A DNA stretch of 64,000 nucleotides from Polyangiaceae bacterium (GCA_050287085.1 JBNKBE010000010.1:128001-192000), one strand, 5' to 3'; shown: positions 30,401 through 39,625, numbered from the stretch's first letter. Translations and numbers: made by a program. Notes: generated by a model not told the origin, from the letters alone.

Positions 30401-30519
30401 GCCGTGACCGGTCCTGGCTCGCACTCAGCGCCGTCATCGGCTCGACACTTCGAGTCGAACCCCGCGGCGCTGCCGCTCACTGTGACGAGAGCAGGCACTA
30501 GTAGCCAGATTCGTTTCAT
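27493..30519 (-). CDS. Secreted multidomain protein: Zn-dependent phospholipase C / P1-nuclease-like N-domain, two carboxypeptidase-regulatory-like domains, YfaP-like C-domain
   Basis: Signal peptide; SEH, NSSHF, HHYLQDAWSMGH; G.V.D..T..PV..A repeats; LNW..DMDLH...GPE.I. Confidence 0.6.
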   Translation of the reverse strand: MKRIWLLVPALVTVSGSAAGFDSKCRADDGAECEPGPVTARRRWNAHDSEHAQLWDRITGPMDLPDHLRATVRLEVPTIAARVEGVETVQPHPFAETTNIARREYKIAEMTQLPDLAYSLWDWAMGNEVCPIGPLQTVRACHSFSSHMGTLNSSHFLPQAENWYRYYHELAVERATVCGNMRARLDLSFPEYLEQCDQQAFTFEAIAHHYLQDAWSMGHMWQRWGGPEPLDFGDDDWRERGLLAALSAGLIHGAKGVLQEAIDTNEWVRKIGLSGGRVDFRDAMCAPIDPRDFPCDSSEFVCVAPDVPLEPPAYIDGADGSKHAGIGDLFASDLSTSFTYRHAWQRLVGCAESSIQDVADAAGLAVVSGNTVPPPLSEEYSDLCFAQRATNASMWLGAGVDAVLEDVQVLPEIGFDAPIFGHITLMAAKHFTFYIHAPLNPLIAAHTIPLKALGDREGSAAEVIIGLSESAGMTSIPEDMRAQFRLDLAGVADFIEDRARSNPDGIDTATGLPAVLGVNHNGASEYQHDPPAHYNDPPTPYEPSFSLETQFATDEDRADALARAFHKGFATEWCTVTTAEDLETLKTTEPGPLCEVCGEFAGRHLRFGTEDAFDGAAISLCDSLEIPDTVIYLDIDNYEELSFQEAGEIWCGCREAPEDDVPDDDDTASGTECEGQFAGRVVDFETRQPVEGAVVSYGGETTSGSDGTFESELLPCGEYGVEIVAEGYVTAQLGVAINEDGVVVQLVELKALDEACALEAASLGGHVIDGFTGEPVVDATIEIREGPGASSSDPLLDNVVSDTDGLYLVEGLTGGYYTIEVSADGYEASGLREVSACGDSDLRDVHLIPRGAPGFSFVLNWARPDDMDLHLLLPSGDEVAFGECAGSAEEEPFALFEVDHLAADGPESIRIVDVLPGVYTLYVHNFSAQNDGADGFEGSEAEVVVYEDSAPIMSFAVPTSGSGFFWDVLEFEGTIDSLEIRTLGRLTNNRANPFAEDEYSAACTPVGP

Positions 30520-31163
30520 GGTGCCTCTCCCCTTGATGTATTCTTCTTGGCCGCGGTCATGAACTCACCCAGGCCGGGAAAGCAATTGCCGGTGCGCGTG
30601 AGCTTCCAGGCTTCGAAGCGCGAATACCCCTTGGTTCGAAGCTTCTCGTAGACGTCCTTGCAGGCCGCTGAGCAGCAGGCCTCCGCCTCGTCCCAGGGGT
30701 GGTTGCTTTCGCAGGTGCGCGCGGACTTCATGCAGCTGTCCCTCTCGCGTCCGTTCTTGACCGTCGGTGGCTGGATACAGGTTGTTACCAGTTGCATGCA
30801 GCTGGCGGCGGCGGTGATTGGATCGGACAGTGTTTCGTCGACGATCAGAGCGCCTTCGTGGGACGCAAACAACAACGGCTTGCCAGTGCCCGTGGGGGGA
30901 AGAACGCTTGTGCGCAGGGGCTCGAGTGGGGGTACATCGACTTGTCGTGGCTCGTAGGGCTCCGGCTCTTCCTTGGGAGGCGCCTTCTTGGTGGCCGTCT
31001 TGACCAGTTCTGCGACCGGCGGGGGATCGTACCCAGGGAATGAGTTCGCTTTGCCGTCTGCCTTTGAGCCTTCTTCTTTTGGAGGATCGGATGCGCACCC
31101 GACCAACACCGAGAACAGACCGAGTACCCAAGTGGTTCTTCGAAGACGCCCCATGGAACCCAT
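30516..31163 (-). CDS. Cys-rich lipoprotein
   Basis: VLVGC lipobox, Pro/Lys linker, Cys-rich C-domain; ATGA overlap with the downstream gene. Confidence 0.75.
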   Translation of the reverse strand: MGSMGRLRRTTWVLGLFSVLVGCASDPPKEEGSKADGKANSFPGYDPPPVAELVKTATKKAPPKEEPEPYEPRQVDVPPLEPLRTSVLPPTGTGKPLLFASHEGALIVDETLSDPITAAASCMQLVTTCIQPPTVKNGRERDSCMKSARTCESNHPWDEAEACCSAACKDVYEKLRTKGYSRFEAWKLTRTGNCFPGLGEFMTAAKKNTSRGEAP

Positions 31164-31435
31164 TTACCATACCCACAGGCTCGCAATCGATTCAAACGCA
31201 AGCCCCGCGTCTCACCGGTGAGACAGCCTTCAAACTCAGTGTCCTAGCCAGACCAAGGAGAGAAATTGCATGTCAGCGCGATCCGCATCGCGGGCGTGCG
31301 AGCACGGTTGCGGGGGCATACAACAACCCGAAAAAGGCCCTACTAAGCGCCCCGATGCTGCATCTGCCGTCCGTATTGCCGTTCTGGTTGTGTCGTGTGG
31401 GTTCTAGGGGAATCGACTTGCACGGGAAGGACGCC

Positions 31436-32239
31436 CTATTGGCGATGCCCCGCCACGGCGCTCGCGAACAAGGAGCGATACTGGGTAGGTATCCCGGCCA
31501 AATGCTGGGCGGTTAGACGCAGCGGGGGGACTTCCTCGAAGTTCTCGGAGTCTCGGAACCACGGACGACTGTAGACGATGTAGAGAATGGGCCGCGGAAC
31601 AAGCCCGACGTTGGCGGTTCCGTTGTGGCACACACGGTAGTCCATCACTCCGACGTCACCGAGCATCAGGGGCAAGACAGTGGAGCCCGGCAGCTTATCG
31701 TGCCACAGGTCTGGCGTGGCCATCAGGGGCCCGCGGGGCCACACTTCGGTGCTACCGGTCGAGTTGTTCAGATCCAATAGGGGGATGATGGCGGTCAACG
31801 CGTAGGGGGGAGCGGCCACGCTGGTCGCCTCGTCGCTCGGAAACAACATGCGGTGGTCCAGGTGAGGGCGTTGAGCCTCGGCCCCCGGGAGGGCGACCAC
31901 GACGGTTAGACTGTTGACAATGACGTCAACGCCCAGGGTTGCTCTTGCGATAGCCAGCAATGGCGGACTGGCGAAGAGCTCGGGTCGATCGAAGGGAGAG
32001 TTCCAGTCGGGGGTGACCATGTAGCGGGCGTCGCCAACACGGACCGCGCGCCGCCTGGCTTGGTTTGCGTCTTGGCCGCAGAGGCTCTCGAGCACGGCCT
32101 GCCCCGCGTCCGATAGCACCTTGTGTTCGACTGCCTGGCGTAGAATCAGAATACCGGTGCCCGTCAACGCGTCCTTGGCTTGGGAAACGAGCGCTGCGCT
32201 AGGCGGAATCAGGTCGACCTCAAGGGTCGTGATAGGCAT
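31436..32239 (-). CDS. Phytanoyl-CoA dioxygenase-family Fe(II)/2-oxoglutarate oxygenase
   Basis: PGAEAQRPHLD (HxD), GSTEVWP, DYRVCHNGTAN, RPILY, WFRD. Confidence 0.85.
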   Translation of the reverse strand: MPITTLEVDLIPPSAALVSQAKDALTGTGILILRQAVEHKVLSDAGQAVLESLCGQDANQARRRAVRVGDARYMVTPDWNSPFDRPELFASPPLLAIARATLGVDVIVNSLTVVVALPGAEAQRPHLDHRMLFPSDEATSVAAPPYALTAIIPLLDLNNSTGSTEVWPRGPLMATPDLWHDKLPGSTVLPLMLGDVGVMDYRVCHNGTANVGLVPRPILYIVYSRPWFRDSENFEEVPPLRLTAQHLAGIPTQYRSLFASAVAGHRQ

Positions 32240-32248
32240 CTGGTCGCC

Positions 32249-32707
32249 TCATAGACGAAAGCGCGCCACAAGACTAATTGTTCCGAAGAATGGCGGTTCC
32301 GTGCGCGCAAGAAAGGCTGGTGCGGCGCCTTGGGGTGGGCCGCGAGAACGCGGACTTGGGCTCGCCGGAACATGGTGTGGCGTGACGTCGCAACTGCGTT
32401 CAACGCTAGCGCGTGCGCAGGCCCGTTGCGTCGAGCAAGACTCGACTGCTGCCGTCAGCTTGTCGTACGACCAGGGAACTCTCCCTTGGGAGCCAACGAA
32501 TTCGGCGACGGGCAGCTCGTCTTCATCAATGATGACGAGCTGCCGCACGTTGACGCGAGTGAAGCTGGACGTTACCCCGGCGCAAGCCGCGAAGGTGGCC
32601 AGCAGGAGCAAGAGCCCTCCTTGCAGCCGTGCGTTTGAGCGCTCCAGGTGTTGTATTCGTTCTTCGAGCGATGGGCGGCGTTGGGTGGGTGAGGTCTTCG
32701 ACGTCAT
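32249..32707 (-). CDS. Hypothetical membrane-anchored protein
   Basis: LEERIQHLERSN coiled coil followed by a TM segment; ends about 10 nt before the PhyH-family start. Confidence 0.5.
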   Translation of the reverse strand: MTSKTSPTQRRPSLEERIQHLERSNARLQGGLLLLLATFAACAGVTSSFTRVNVRQLVIIDEDELPVAEFVGSQGRVPWSYDKLTAAVESCSTQRACARASVERSCDVTPHHVPASPSPRSRGPPQGAAPAFLARTEPPFFGTISLVARFRL

Positions 32708-33377
32708 TGTACTAGATTGTACCCGGGGGCCCTCCCCAATCCAGTGCCGTTGCAAACCAGGGCGACAATCCGTTGCTTCGCTTTCCTGACGCATTTGATG
32801 CTGTACCAAGGCAAATACAAGGCGAACCACGGCGGAGGCGCCAGCCAACTGCTTTCGGATGCGTAGTGCTCATCCAGGCGCAGCTGCGGCGCGGTGTTTG
32901 AGACCCTGCGACCGGGCGGTGACGCAGCGGATCCGCTGCGAGTACCAGCCGTCGCCGTGGCGACCCAGGGTGGAACGGGTGTGCACCCGGAGCTATAGTG
33001 TCGGGAGCGTTGAGCTTGCGTCTGCTGTTATGCTGCTTCTGCGCGGCGGAGGGTCGAGTCGAGCAGGTGGGCGAGGTGGGTTTCAGCGCACTAGGATGGC
33101 GGTAGCCATGCAGCGGCGGAGTCGATTATACGAATCGGCTGTAGCCGGCTGGTCCACACCACATGGCCCCATCCCCGTTGCTACAGGACTGGCGTAGGAT
33201 GTTGTGCTTCATTTGCTATCGCTTGTGCTAAGTGCCCAGCAGAACCCGACGCCCAAGGCTACGAACTCGCGTTGCGAGGTGTGTGAAGGCGTCGGGTGCA
33301 CCCGATGCCGCGTCGAAATGTGTGCTTCTTGATCGCGGCAGCGAGGCCCTGAGCGTTCGAACAGCCATGAGGTTTGT

Positions 33378-35126
33378 ATGCAACACCTGCTTCCACAACA
33401 CGATCCAAGACTAGACGCGCGCCGCGCCGCCCTGGCGCAACGAGGGCGCGAGTATGTGTTTACCAAGTTCAACGATCTGCCGATAGGCCGCGAATTCTAC
33501 GAGCGCGATAAGGCTGGTGCGCGTTGGGTGACACAGTTGCTCGGACTCATTCATCACGGGCGTAGCAATCTTGAAGCGTACCTCGAGGCAAGCGGCGTGA
33601 GCTTCTTGAACCCCTTGCCGCAGCATTCGGCGGCAGAGCTGGGGGGTGCGTTGGCGCGCAAAGACTTCCCGTTCCTGCTGAAGCACTATTTGCCAGATCT
33701 TGGACCCATGGAAGGAGGCGGACGTCCTGCCAGTATTGAGGAATACCGGCGCATCTTCTGTCGTGAGAAGCTGCCCAAGGTCGCAGATGTCTTCATGGAG
33801 GACTGGGTTTTTGCTCGTTCCTTCGTGGCGGGGCCAAATCCTGTATTGCTGACTCGTCTCGACGCAGCGATGGAGACGTTTCCGGTAACGGATGAACACT
33901 TTCGGTGTGGCAGACCTTTTCAGGCGGACTCGCTGCACGAAGCCCTATCTGAGGGGCGGGTATTTGTCGTGGACTTCTCCGGGCTCAGGACGCTCCGACC
34001 AGGGCAGCATCCCCTACAGCCCAAGTATCTGGCAGCGCCACAGGTCATGTTGGCCCTACCTCGAGGAGGCCGATCGCTTGTCCCCATTGCCATCAGCGGG
34101 GGACCCGATGCGAATGCCCCGATTTGGACCCCAAGTGACGGCTGGGCGTGGCAGATCGCCAAGCAGGCTGTCAGGGTCGCGGACGGGTGTCATCAGGAGT
34201 TGCTGTCGCACCTGGCCTATACCCACCTGGTCATCGAGTCATTTGTGGTAGCGACCCGCCGTTGTTTGGCCGAGTCGCATCCCGTGTATGCGCTACTAAG
34301 CCCACACTACGAGGGTACGATGCCGATCAACGCGCTGGCGATCAAGAAACTGATCCAACCAGGGGAAGCCGTAGATCGCGTAGTGGGTGCCGAGGTGTCT
34401 TCCATCTACGAGGTGCTGCGCCAGGAGCGGCTGGCGTTCAATCTAGCCGAAAACTACGTGCCCAACGCCTTGCGCAGGCGCAAGGTAGACGATGTTGAAG
34501 CGCTACCCGACTACCCGTATCGCGACGACGCGCTTCAGATTTGGGGTGCCATCAGCCGTTGGGTCTCGGGGTATGTGGACCACTACTATCGGTGTGATTC
34601 TGATGTGCAAGAGGACGACGAGCTGCAGCGTTGGACCGCCGAGTTGGCGGATCCTGACGCGGGGGCAATTGTCGGCCTCGGTCGCCACGGCCGGATCGAG
34701 GATCGAGAAACCCTCAAGGAAGTGCTTACGATGGTCATCTTCACGGCCTCGGCGCAACATGCCGCCATCAATTTCGCCCAGCTGAGCGAGATGGCGTTTA
34801 GCCCGGCATACCCGCTGGCATTGTATGCACCGTTGCCGACAGCGGGCAGTGTCGTCACGGAGCAGGACTTTCTAGACGTGTTGCCTCCTCTAGACGTTGC
34901 CCTGCGTACCGAGCAGACCTTGGTATTCCTTGGCTCCTTACATTACGGTCAGCTGGGGCACTATCCGGCGCGCCACTTCAGGAGTTCTGAAGTGGTGGCG
35001 CTGATGAAGAGGTTCCAAGACGAGCTTCGCGATATCGAGGCAAAGATAGTAGAGCGCAATGAAGGGCAGATTCTGCCCTACGTGCACTTGCAACCGACGC
35101 GAGTGCCGCAGAGCATCAACATTTGA
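33378..35126 (+). CDS. Lipoxygenase (bacterial, no signal peptide or PLAT domain seen)
   Basis: AGPNP, WQIAK, SHLAYTH, DYPYRDD, IFTASAQHAAINF, C-terminal PQSINI (Fe ligands present). Confidence 0.95.
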   Translation: MQHLLPQHDPRLDARRAALAQRGREYVFTKFNDLPIGREFYERDKAGARWVTQLLGLIHHGRSNLEAYLEASGVSFLNPLPQHSAAELGGALARKDFPFLLKHYLPDLGPMEGGGRPASIEEYRRIFCREKLPKVADVFMEDWVFARSFVAGPNPVLLTRLDAAMETFPVTDEHFRCGRPFQADSLHEALSEGRVFVVDFSGLRTLRPGQHPLQPKYLAAPQVMLALPRGGRSLVPIAISGGPDANAPIWTPSDGWAWQIAKQAVRVADGCHQELLSHLAYTHLVIESFVVATRRCLAESHPVYALLSPHYEGTMPINALAIKKLIQPGEAVDRVVGAEVSSIYEVLRQERLAFNLAENYVPNALRRRKVDDVEALPDYPYRDDALQIWGAISRWVSGYVDHYYRCDSDVQEDDELQRWTAELADPDAGAIVGLGRHGRIEDRETLKEVLTMVIFTASAQHAAINFAQLSEMAFSPAYPLALYAPLPTAGSVVTEQDFLDVLPPLDVALRTEQTLVFLGSLHYGQLGHYPARHFRSSEVVALMKRFQDELRDIEAKIVERNEGQILPYVHLQPTRVPQSINI

Positions 35127-35139
35127 GAGGGTAGCTGGT

Positions 35140-36141
35140 ATGGGCTTTCACGAAGTCGTCGCATCGGACGAAGATATACGCTTTGAGCGATACGCCAAAG
35201 AGCTCGAAGAGCTGCGGACGCGTCGCGATACAACACCCGGCTCCGCCCGTCGCATTCTGCATCTCAAACAGCATATTGGTGCAGTGGGTGAACTAGTGGT
35301 CAATGCTCAAGCCTCTGGGAAGGTGGGGGTCTTTTCTGAAGACGGCCACCGCTGGCCCGTTTATGCGCGATTCTCCAACGGTAGCATCCGACAGCAGCGC
35401 GACAGAGTTCCGGATGTCCGGGGCTTTGCGATCAAGTTGTTGGGGGTGACCGGCAGGAAGCTCATCGCGGGGCTGGAAGATGCACAAACCCAAGACTTCC
35501 TGTTGATCAATACGCCGTCCATTGCGTTTCGAGATCCGGACGAGTTCGTCGCTTTTGCCCGGGCTGCCAAAGATGGTCCCAGGAAGATGTTGCCTCGAGT
35601 GCTGGCGACGTTCGGGCTGTGGCGTACGTTGGCAATTCTCAAGCGCTTGGCGACGATGCCGAAGGTGCGGTCGTTTGCGACTCATGACTTTCATACGGCG
35701 GCGCCCATTGCGTTTGGTGATACCGCGGCGAAGCTTGCGCTATTTCCGGCTGGCAACGCACCCGGCACGGACGAGACGGACGAGAGCCTACGGGATGATC
35801 TGGTTCGCCGTCTCAAGTCGGGGCCGCTGCGTTGGAGCGTTCGTGCCAAGCTGTTCATCGATGATGAGCAAACGCCGATCGAAGATACTTCCGTGTCTTG
35901 GCCTGGGCCCTGGGTCGAGCTTGGTACCCTGATCTTGTATCAGCAGGAGGTCGAGTCGGACGCGGGTCGGGCCTTGGATGCGTTGGTCGAAGAGCTTTCA
36001 TTTGATCCGTGGCACGCAATCGAGGCGCACCGTCCGCTTGGCGGCATCATGCGTGCCCGGGCGATTGCGTATCGAGACAGCGCAATCGGACGAAAGGCGG
36101 CCTCTGAGCTCACGGTTCCGGTTCCTGAGCTTCGCGGGTAG
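35140..36141 (+). CDS. Small catalase-related heme protein (allene oxide synthase / hydroperoxide-metabolising type)
   Basis: RILHLKQH distal His, RFSNG, DVRGFAIK, QDFLLIN, FDPWH, HRPLG, proximal RAIAY; 13 nt after the LOX stop. Confidence 0.85.
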   Translation: MGFHEVVASDEDIRFERYAKELEELRTRRDTTPGSARRILHLKQHIGAVGELVVNAQASGKVGVFSEDGHRWPVYARFSNGSIRQQRDRVPDVRGFAIKLLGVTGRKLIAGLEDAQTQDFLLINTPSIAFRDPDEFVAFARAAKDGPRKMLPRVLATFGLWRTLAILKRLATMPKVRSFATHDFHTAAPIAFGDTAAKLALFPAGNAPGTDETDESLRDDLVRRLKSGPLRWSVRAKLFIDDEQTPIEDTSVSWPGPWVELGTLILYQQEVESDAGRALDALVEELSFDPWHAIEAHRPLGGIMRARAIAYRDSAIGRKAASELTVPVPELRG

Positions 36142-36480
36142 CAGCTCTCACGTTCTTGTTGCTGGTGCGTCAGATGGGTAGCCGTGTGGCGCACTGCAAG
36201 CCGTCTTCACGAGGGCGTTCGGGGCATCGCTCCGAATGGGAACGCGGCTAGTTCGGAATAGATTTGGAGTGGCTGCAGGGGCTGGGTGAGGAACCGGCGC
36301 CGCGTTGGAGAGCGCGATAACTGTTCGGAGTCGTAGCCGTATGCGCTGTGTCAGGTGTTGGTCATGGCTTGGTCATGATGGTGCACGGCGTCTTGCTGAC
36401 GATGCCATGGGTGTCAAGGTTAACAAAGGACGGTCCCCGCGGCACTCTTGCGGCGGCGCGCTGCCGCTTCTTGAATTGCC

Positions 36481-37578
36481 ATGCCCAAACCAGCCCAACA
36501 GGCCCCGAACCCGCGCGCTCGATTTCAGTTTTCCAAGATTGCCTGGACCAATCTAGCATTTATCGCTGGAGTTCATGCGGTTGCACTCTGGGGTCTGAGT
36601 GAGCTGCTGGTGGGCGGTAAGCTGTCGTGGTCGGGTGTGCTCTTCTGCGCCCTTTCCGTAGCGCTCACCACGTTTGCGATCTCCGCCGGCTATCATCGAC
36701 TGTTCTCGCATCGGACATTTGATACCGGCCCCATTCTTCGCGGAGTGCTGCTGCTAGGCGGTGCGGCAGCGTTTCAGAATTCTGTCTTGGAGTGGGCTTG
36801 CAAGCACCGCCGGCATCATCACCATATGGACACACCGCTCGACCCGTATGATGCCACGCGGGGCTTCTGGTATTCCCATGTAGGCTGGGTCATTGAGCGT
36901 AGCCCTCCGGAGGACCTGAACGCCCCCGACCTTCAGGCGGACGCCCTAGTACGACTGCAACACCGCTACTACGTGCCGTTGGCGATTCTGACCGGGCTTG
37001 GGGCGCCCGCATTGATGGGATGGTGGTTGTTGGGTAGCGCGTGGCACGGTTTGCTGCTTGGGGGCGCACTGCGGCTGGTTATAGCCTATCACATGACATT
37101 CTCGATCAACTCGGTGGCGCATTGGATTGGGAGTCAGCCCTACGGAGCCAAGGGCACCGCGCGCGATAGTTGGCTGACGGCGCTGGTGACGATGGGAGAG
37201 GGGTATCACAACTACCATCACACATTTCCAGGGGACTACCGAAACGGCATTCGCTTGTACGACTTCGATCCACCGAAGTGGGCGATTGCCGCACTTGCCA
37301 AGTTGGGATGGGTCTGGAATCTGAAACGAACGCCAGGACACCTAATTGCACTCCGGCGAGTTAGAGCCGACAGAGAGCAGCTGAAGGTCTTGAGTCTGAG
37401 CCAGGTCCAGCGCCGGCGTTTGGAGCAAGCGTACGAAACGGTGGAGCTGCGACTGCGCGCGTGGGCCCGCGCGTTCAATGCGACCCGTGCAGGGGGCGCG
37501 AGTGCCGCGAGGGCTGAGCGTGACGCCTTCTGGATTGCCTACAGAGTATGGCGCGAGTTGCTCGGAAGAGCCTGTTGA
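36481..37578 (+). CDS. Acyl-CoA delta-9 desaturase
   Basis: GYHRLFSH, HRRHH, GFWYSH, NSVAH, GEGYHNYHH, DYRNG. Confidence 0.93.
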   Translation: MPKPAQQAPNPRARFQFSKIAWTNLAFIAGVHAVALWGLSELLVGGKLSWSGVLFCALSVALTTFAISAGYHRLFSHRTFDTGPILRGVLLLGGAAAFQNSVLEWACKHRRHHHHMDTPLDPYDATRGFWYSHVGWVIERSPPEDLNAPDLQADALVRLQHRYYVPLAILTGLGAPALMGWWLLGSAWHGLLLGGALRLVIAYHMTFSINSVAHWIGSQPYGAKGTARDSWLTALVTMGEGYHNYHHTFPGDYRNGIRLYDFDPPKWAIAALAKLGWVWNLKRTPGHLIALRRVRADREQLKVLSLSQVQRRRLEQAYETVELRLRAWARAFNATRAGGASAARAERDAFWIAYRVWRELLGRAC

Positions 37579-37977
37579 CAAGCCCTGCAAGCTGGATGAA
37601 CCTTTCAACGATGTTGTTAGACGTTCGCGCAGCTTCAGTGCTTTCTGCCGGGCTCGCCACCGTGATGGTCTGAGCCCAGCCCAGCCAGGTCGCGTCGGAG
37701 GGCGCGGAAAGGCCTTGGAGCAAGGAGCGGGCTTCATCGCCCAGGGTTGGGCCCGAGTCACCGGCAGCGCCGGGGTGTGTCTTGGAACGCGAACCTCGGC
37801 GACTGAGATTGCCGGTATCGACTTGGGGGTCAGGGCGGAGCCGCTAGGGGCGGTGTGGAACCTTGGACCACACGCAGGACTTCAGCGTTCACAAGGAGCT
37901 GGCAGCTTCCGTCAGATGGCGGCGGCCCGACGGAGTGGTCTTACGTGCCAGATGAGCGCGGGGCACGAGAAGAGCTT

Positions 37978-38024
37978 CGTCGAATTGCTCACACCGTGGC
38001 GCAGCCATTGTCGGTGATCTGACA
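37978..38024 (+). promoter_or_regulatory. Paired NifA upstream activator sites for the nifZ operon
   Basis: CGT-N10-ACA at 37978-37993 and perfect TGT-CGGTGATCTG-ACA at 38009-38024. Confidence 0.8.
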
Positions 38025-38103
38025 ATACGAGCGTCGCAGCGAGGAGAACCCGCAACAGGGGCGTCTCGCGCGACGAGAAGCGCGATAGGTCGTCCAGAGC
38101 CAC

Positions 38104-38119
38104 TGGCATTCGCTTTGCA
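38104..38119 (+). promoter_or_regulatory. Sigma54 -24/-12 promoter (nifZ)
   Basis: TGGCATTCGCTTTGCA. Confidence 0.85.
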
Positions 38120-38131
38120 TCTACACCAAAC

Positions 38132-38659
38132 GTGAAGGCACGATATGAACTGGGGCAGCACGTTCGGGTGACGCGAAACGTGCGCAATGACGGCACGTTT
38201 CCTGGGCGTGACATGGGTGAGCTCTTGCTACGCCGTGGGGCCACCGGCTATGTCCGTGATATCGGAGCGTTTCTCCAGGATCAGGTCATCTACTCGGTTG
38301 ACTTTATCGAGTACGGCTATCGGGTGGGGTGTCGCGAGCAAGAGCTCATTGCGGCGGAGGCGCCGTGGCTCCCCAACAGGTACGAGTTCAGAGACCGTGT
38401 TTATCTGACAAGAGCGATAGGTGTGCGAGGAGAACAGGTGGCGCTCGCGGGTACTGAAGTAGAGATCCTTCGCGTTGTTCGTACTCACCCGACGTGCATC
38501 CTGTATCATGTCCTTGTTGCAGGTCGGACTTTTCAACTGCCGGAAGCCGTCCTTGAAGGCGAAAGTGACTTTGATGAAAAGGTCAAAGAGACAGTCGCGC
38601 GCGGTATAGATGCCAATGGAACCACCGCTGGCGCCACCTTGCCCTGGCAGAATCTATGA
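38132..38659 (+). CDS. nifZ: Nitrogen fixation protein NifZ
   Basis: VRNDGTFPG, GYVRDIGAFLQDQVIYSVDF, VGCREQEL. Confidence 0.92.
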   Translation: MKARYELGQHVRVTRNVRNDGTFPGRDMGELLLRRGATGYVRDIGAFLQDQVIYSVDFIEYGYRVGCREQELIAAEAPWLPNRYEFRDRVYLTRAIGVRGEQVALAGTEVEILRVVRTHPTCILYHVLVAGRTFQLPEAVLEGESDFDEKVKETVARGIDANGTTAGATLPWQNL

Positions 38660-38671
38660 AAGGCCACAGCC

Positions 38672-39148
38672 ATGCTACCTATTGCATCACAGAATGCGTT
38701 TTCAGATGCAGCTTCGGAGGACCTGTTGACGGTGGCCTTGGCTACCAGCGACGATAAGAGTGTGAATCAACACTTTGGCTCTGCAAAGCGCTTTGTCATT
38801 TTCGGTCTTTCAAGAGATGAACGGCGGCCCCTCGGAGAGCGCGCTTTCGCCGACGCGGTACAAGACGGAAACGAGGACAAGCTCGTGGACAAGCTCCAAT
38901 GGTTGAAGGGCTGCGACGTCGTGGTCTGTGCGCAAGTGGGGCAGTCTGCGGCCAAGCAATTGCTCAGCGGCGGCACGCGGCCCATTGTCGTCAGAGGGGG
39001 GGCAGCCATTGCTGAAGTGCTTGCTGAGCTTCAGAAGGAGCTCGTCGAGCAGAAAGCCGCGTGGCTCAATCAGATCATGCGTCGCAAGGGAGCTGCTTCC
39101 AAGGAGCGGCTTTATGACATGCTTGATGATGATTGGGAGGCGTCATGA
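38672..39148 (+). CDS. nifX: NifX, second copy (FeMo-co precursor carrier)
   Basis: VALATSD...VNQHFGS, QDGNEDKL, L.GC, C-terminal RLYDMLDDDW. Confidence 0.85.
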   Translation: MLPIASQNAFSDAASEDLLTVALATSDDKSVNQHFGSAKRFVIFGLSRDERRPLGERAFADAVQDGNEDKLVDKLQWLKGCDVVVCAQVGQSAAKQLLSGGTRPIVVRGGAAIAEVLAELQKELVEQKAAWLNQIMRRKGAASKERLYDMLDDDWEAS

Positions 39149-39582
39149 GCGCCTTGTCGTTTGAAGCGTCGGCGCCAAGCACGTCGTTGCCGCGAACTCT
39201 CGAGAATTGGATGACGGAGCGCTGGCATGGAGTACTGAAGCTCCGCTTGACGCGGGAAGAACAAGCCGGCGATCTGGCACGCGCCTCGGAGTTGCGGGCG
39301 CGCTTGGAGCGTGCCGTGGTGGTCAGGCGGGAGGACATTCTGTCGACGCGAGTGCAGTTTGGCTCAGAGGTTACGGTATTCAACATCGATGAGGCGGAGG
39401 AGCAGACCTTTGTGGTGGTTAGTCAAGATGAGGCAAGCGTTGGGGCAGGACTCGTAGACCAAGCGAGTCCGCTGGCGCAGGCGTTGTTTGGAGCTCAAGA
39501 GGGAGATGAGGTGGAAGTTGTGCTTCCCCGCGGCAACACCTGCCGCTATGAAGTGACAGCGATCGGCATTCCCAAGAGTTGA
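39145..39582 (+). CDS. GreA/GreB/Rnk-family protein with shortened coiled coil
   Basis: VQFGSEV, DEA, SPLAQALFG, EGDEVEV.LP.G; ATGA overlap with nifX2. Confidence 0.8.
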   Translation: MSALSFEASAPSTSLPRTLENWMTERWHGVLKLRLTREEQAGDLARASELRARLERAVVVRREDILSTRVQFGSEVTVFNIDEAEEQTFVVVSQDEASVGAGLVDQASPLAQALFGAQEGDEVEVVLPRGNTCRYEVTAIGIPKS

Positions 39583-39625
39583 GCCAGCGAGTGCTTTGCC
39601 TCAGCCACTCTTCGCCGAAGACCGC

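Noticed and set aside
33378..37578. LOX and desaturase as O2 scavengers protecting nitrogenase
   Set aside because: Only adjacency supports it; I found no sigma54 or NifA motif upstream of LOX
37580..37970. tRNA, att site or ncRNA at the nif border (hairpin near 37853-37874, GGACTTCA)
   Set aside because: No cloverleaf or T-loop, no direct repeat identified, no integrase
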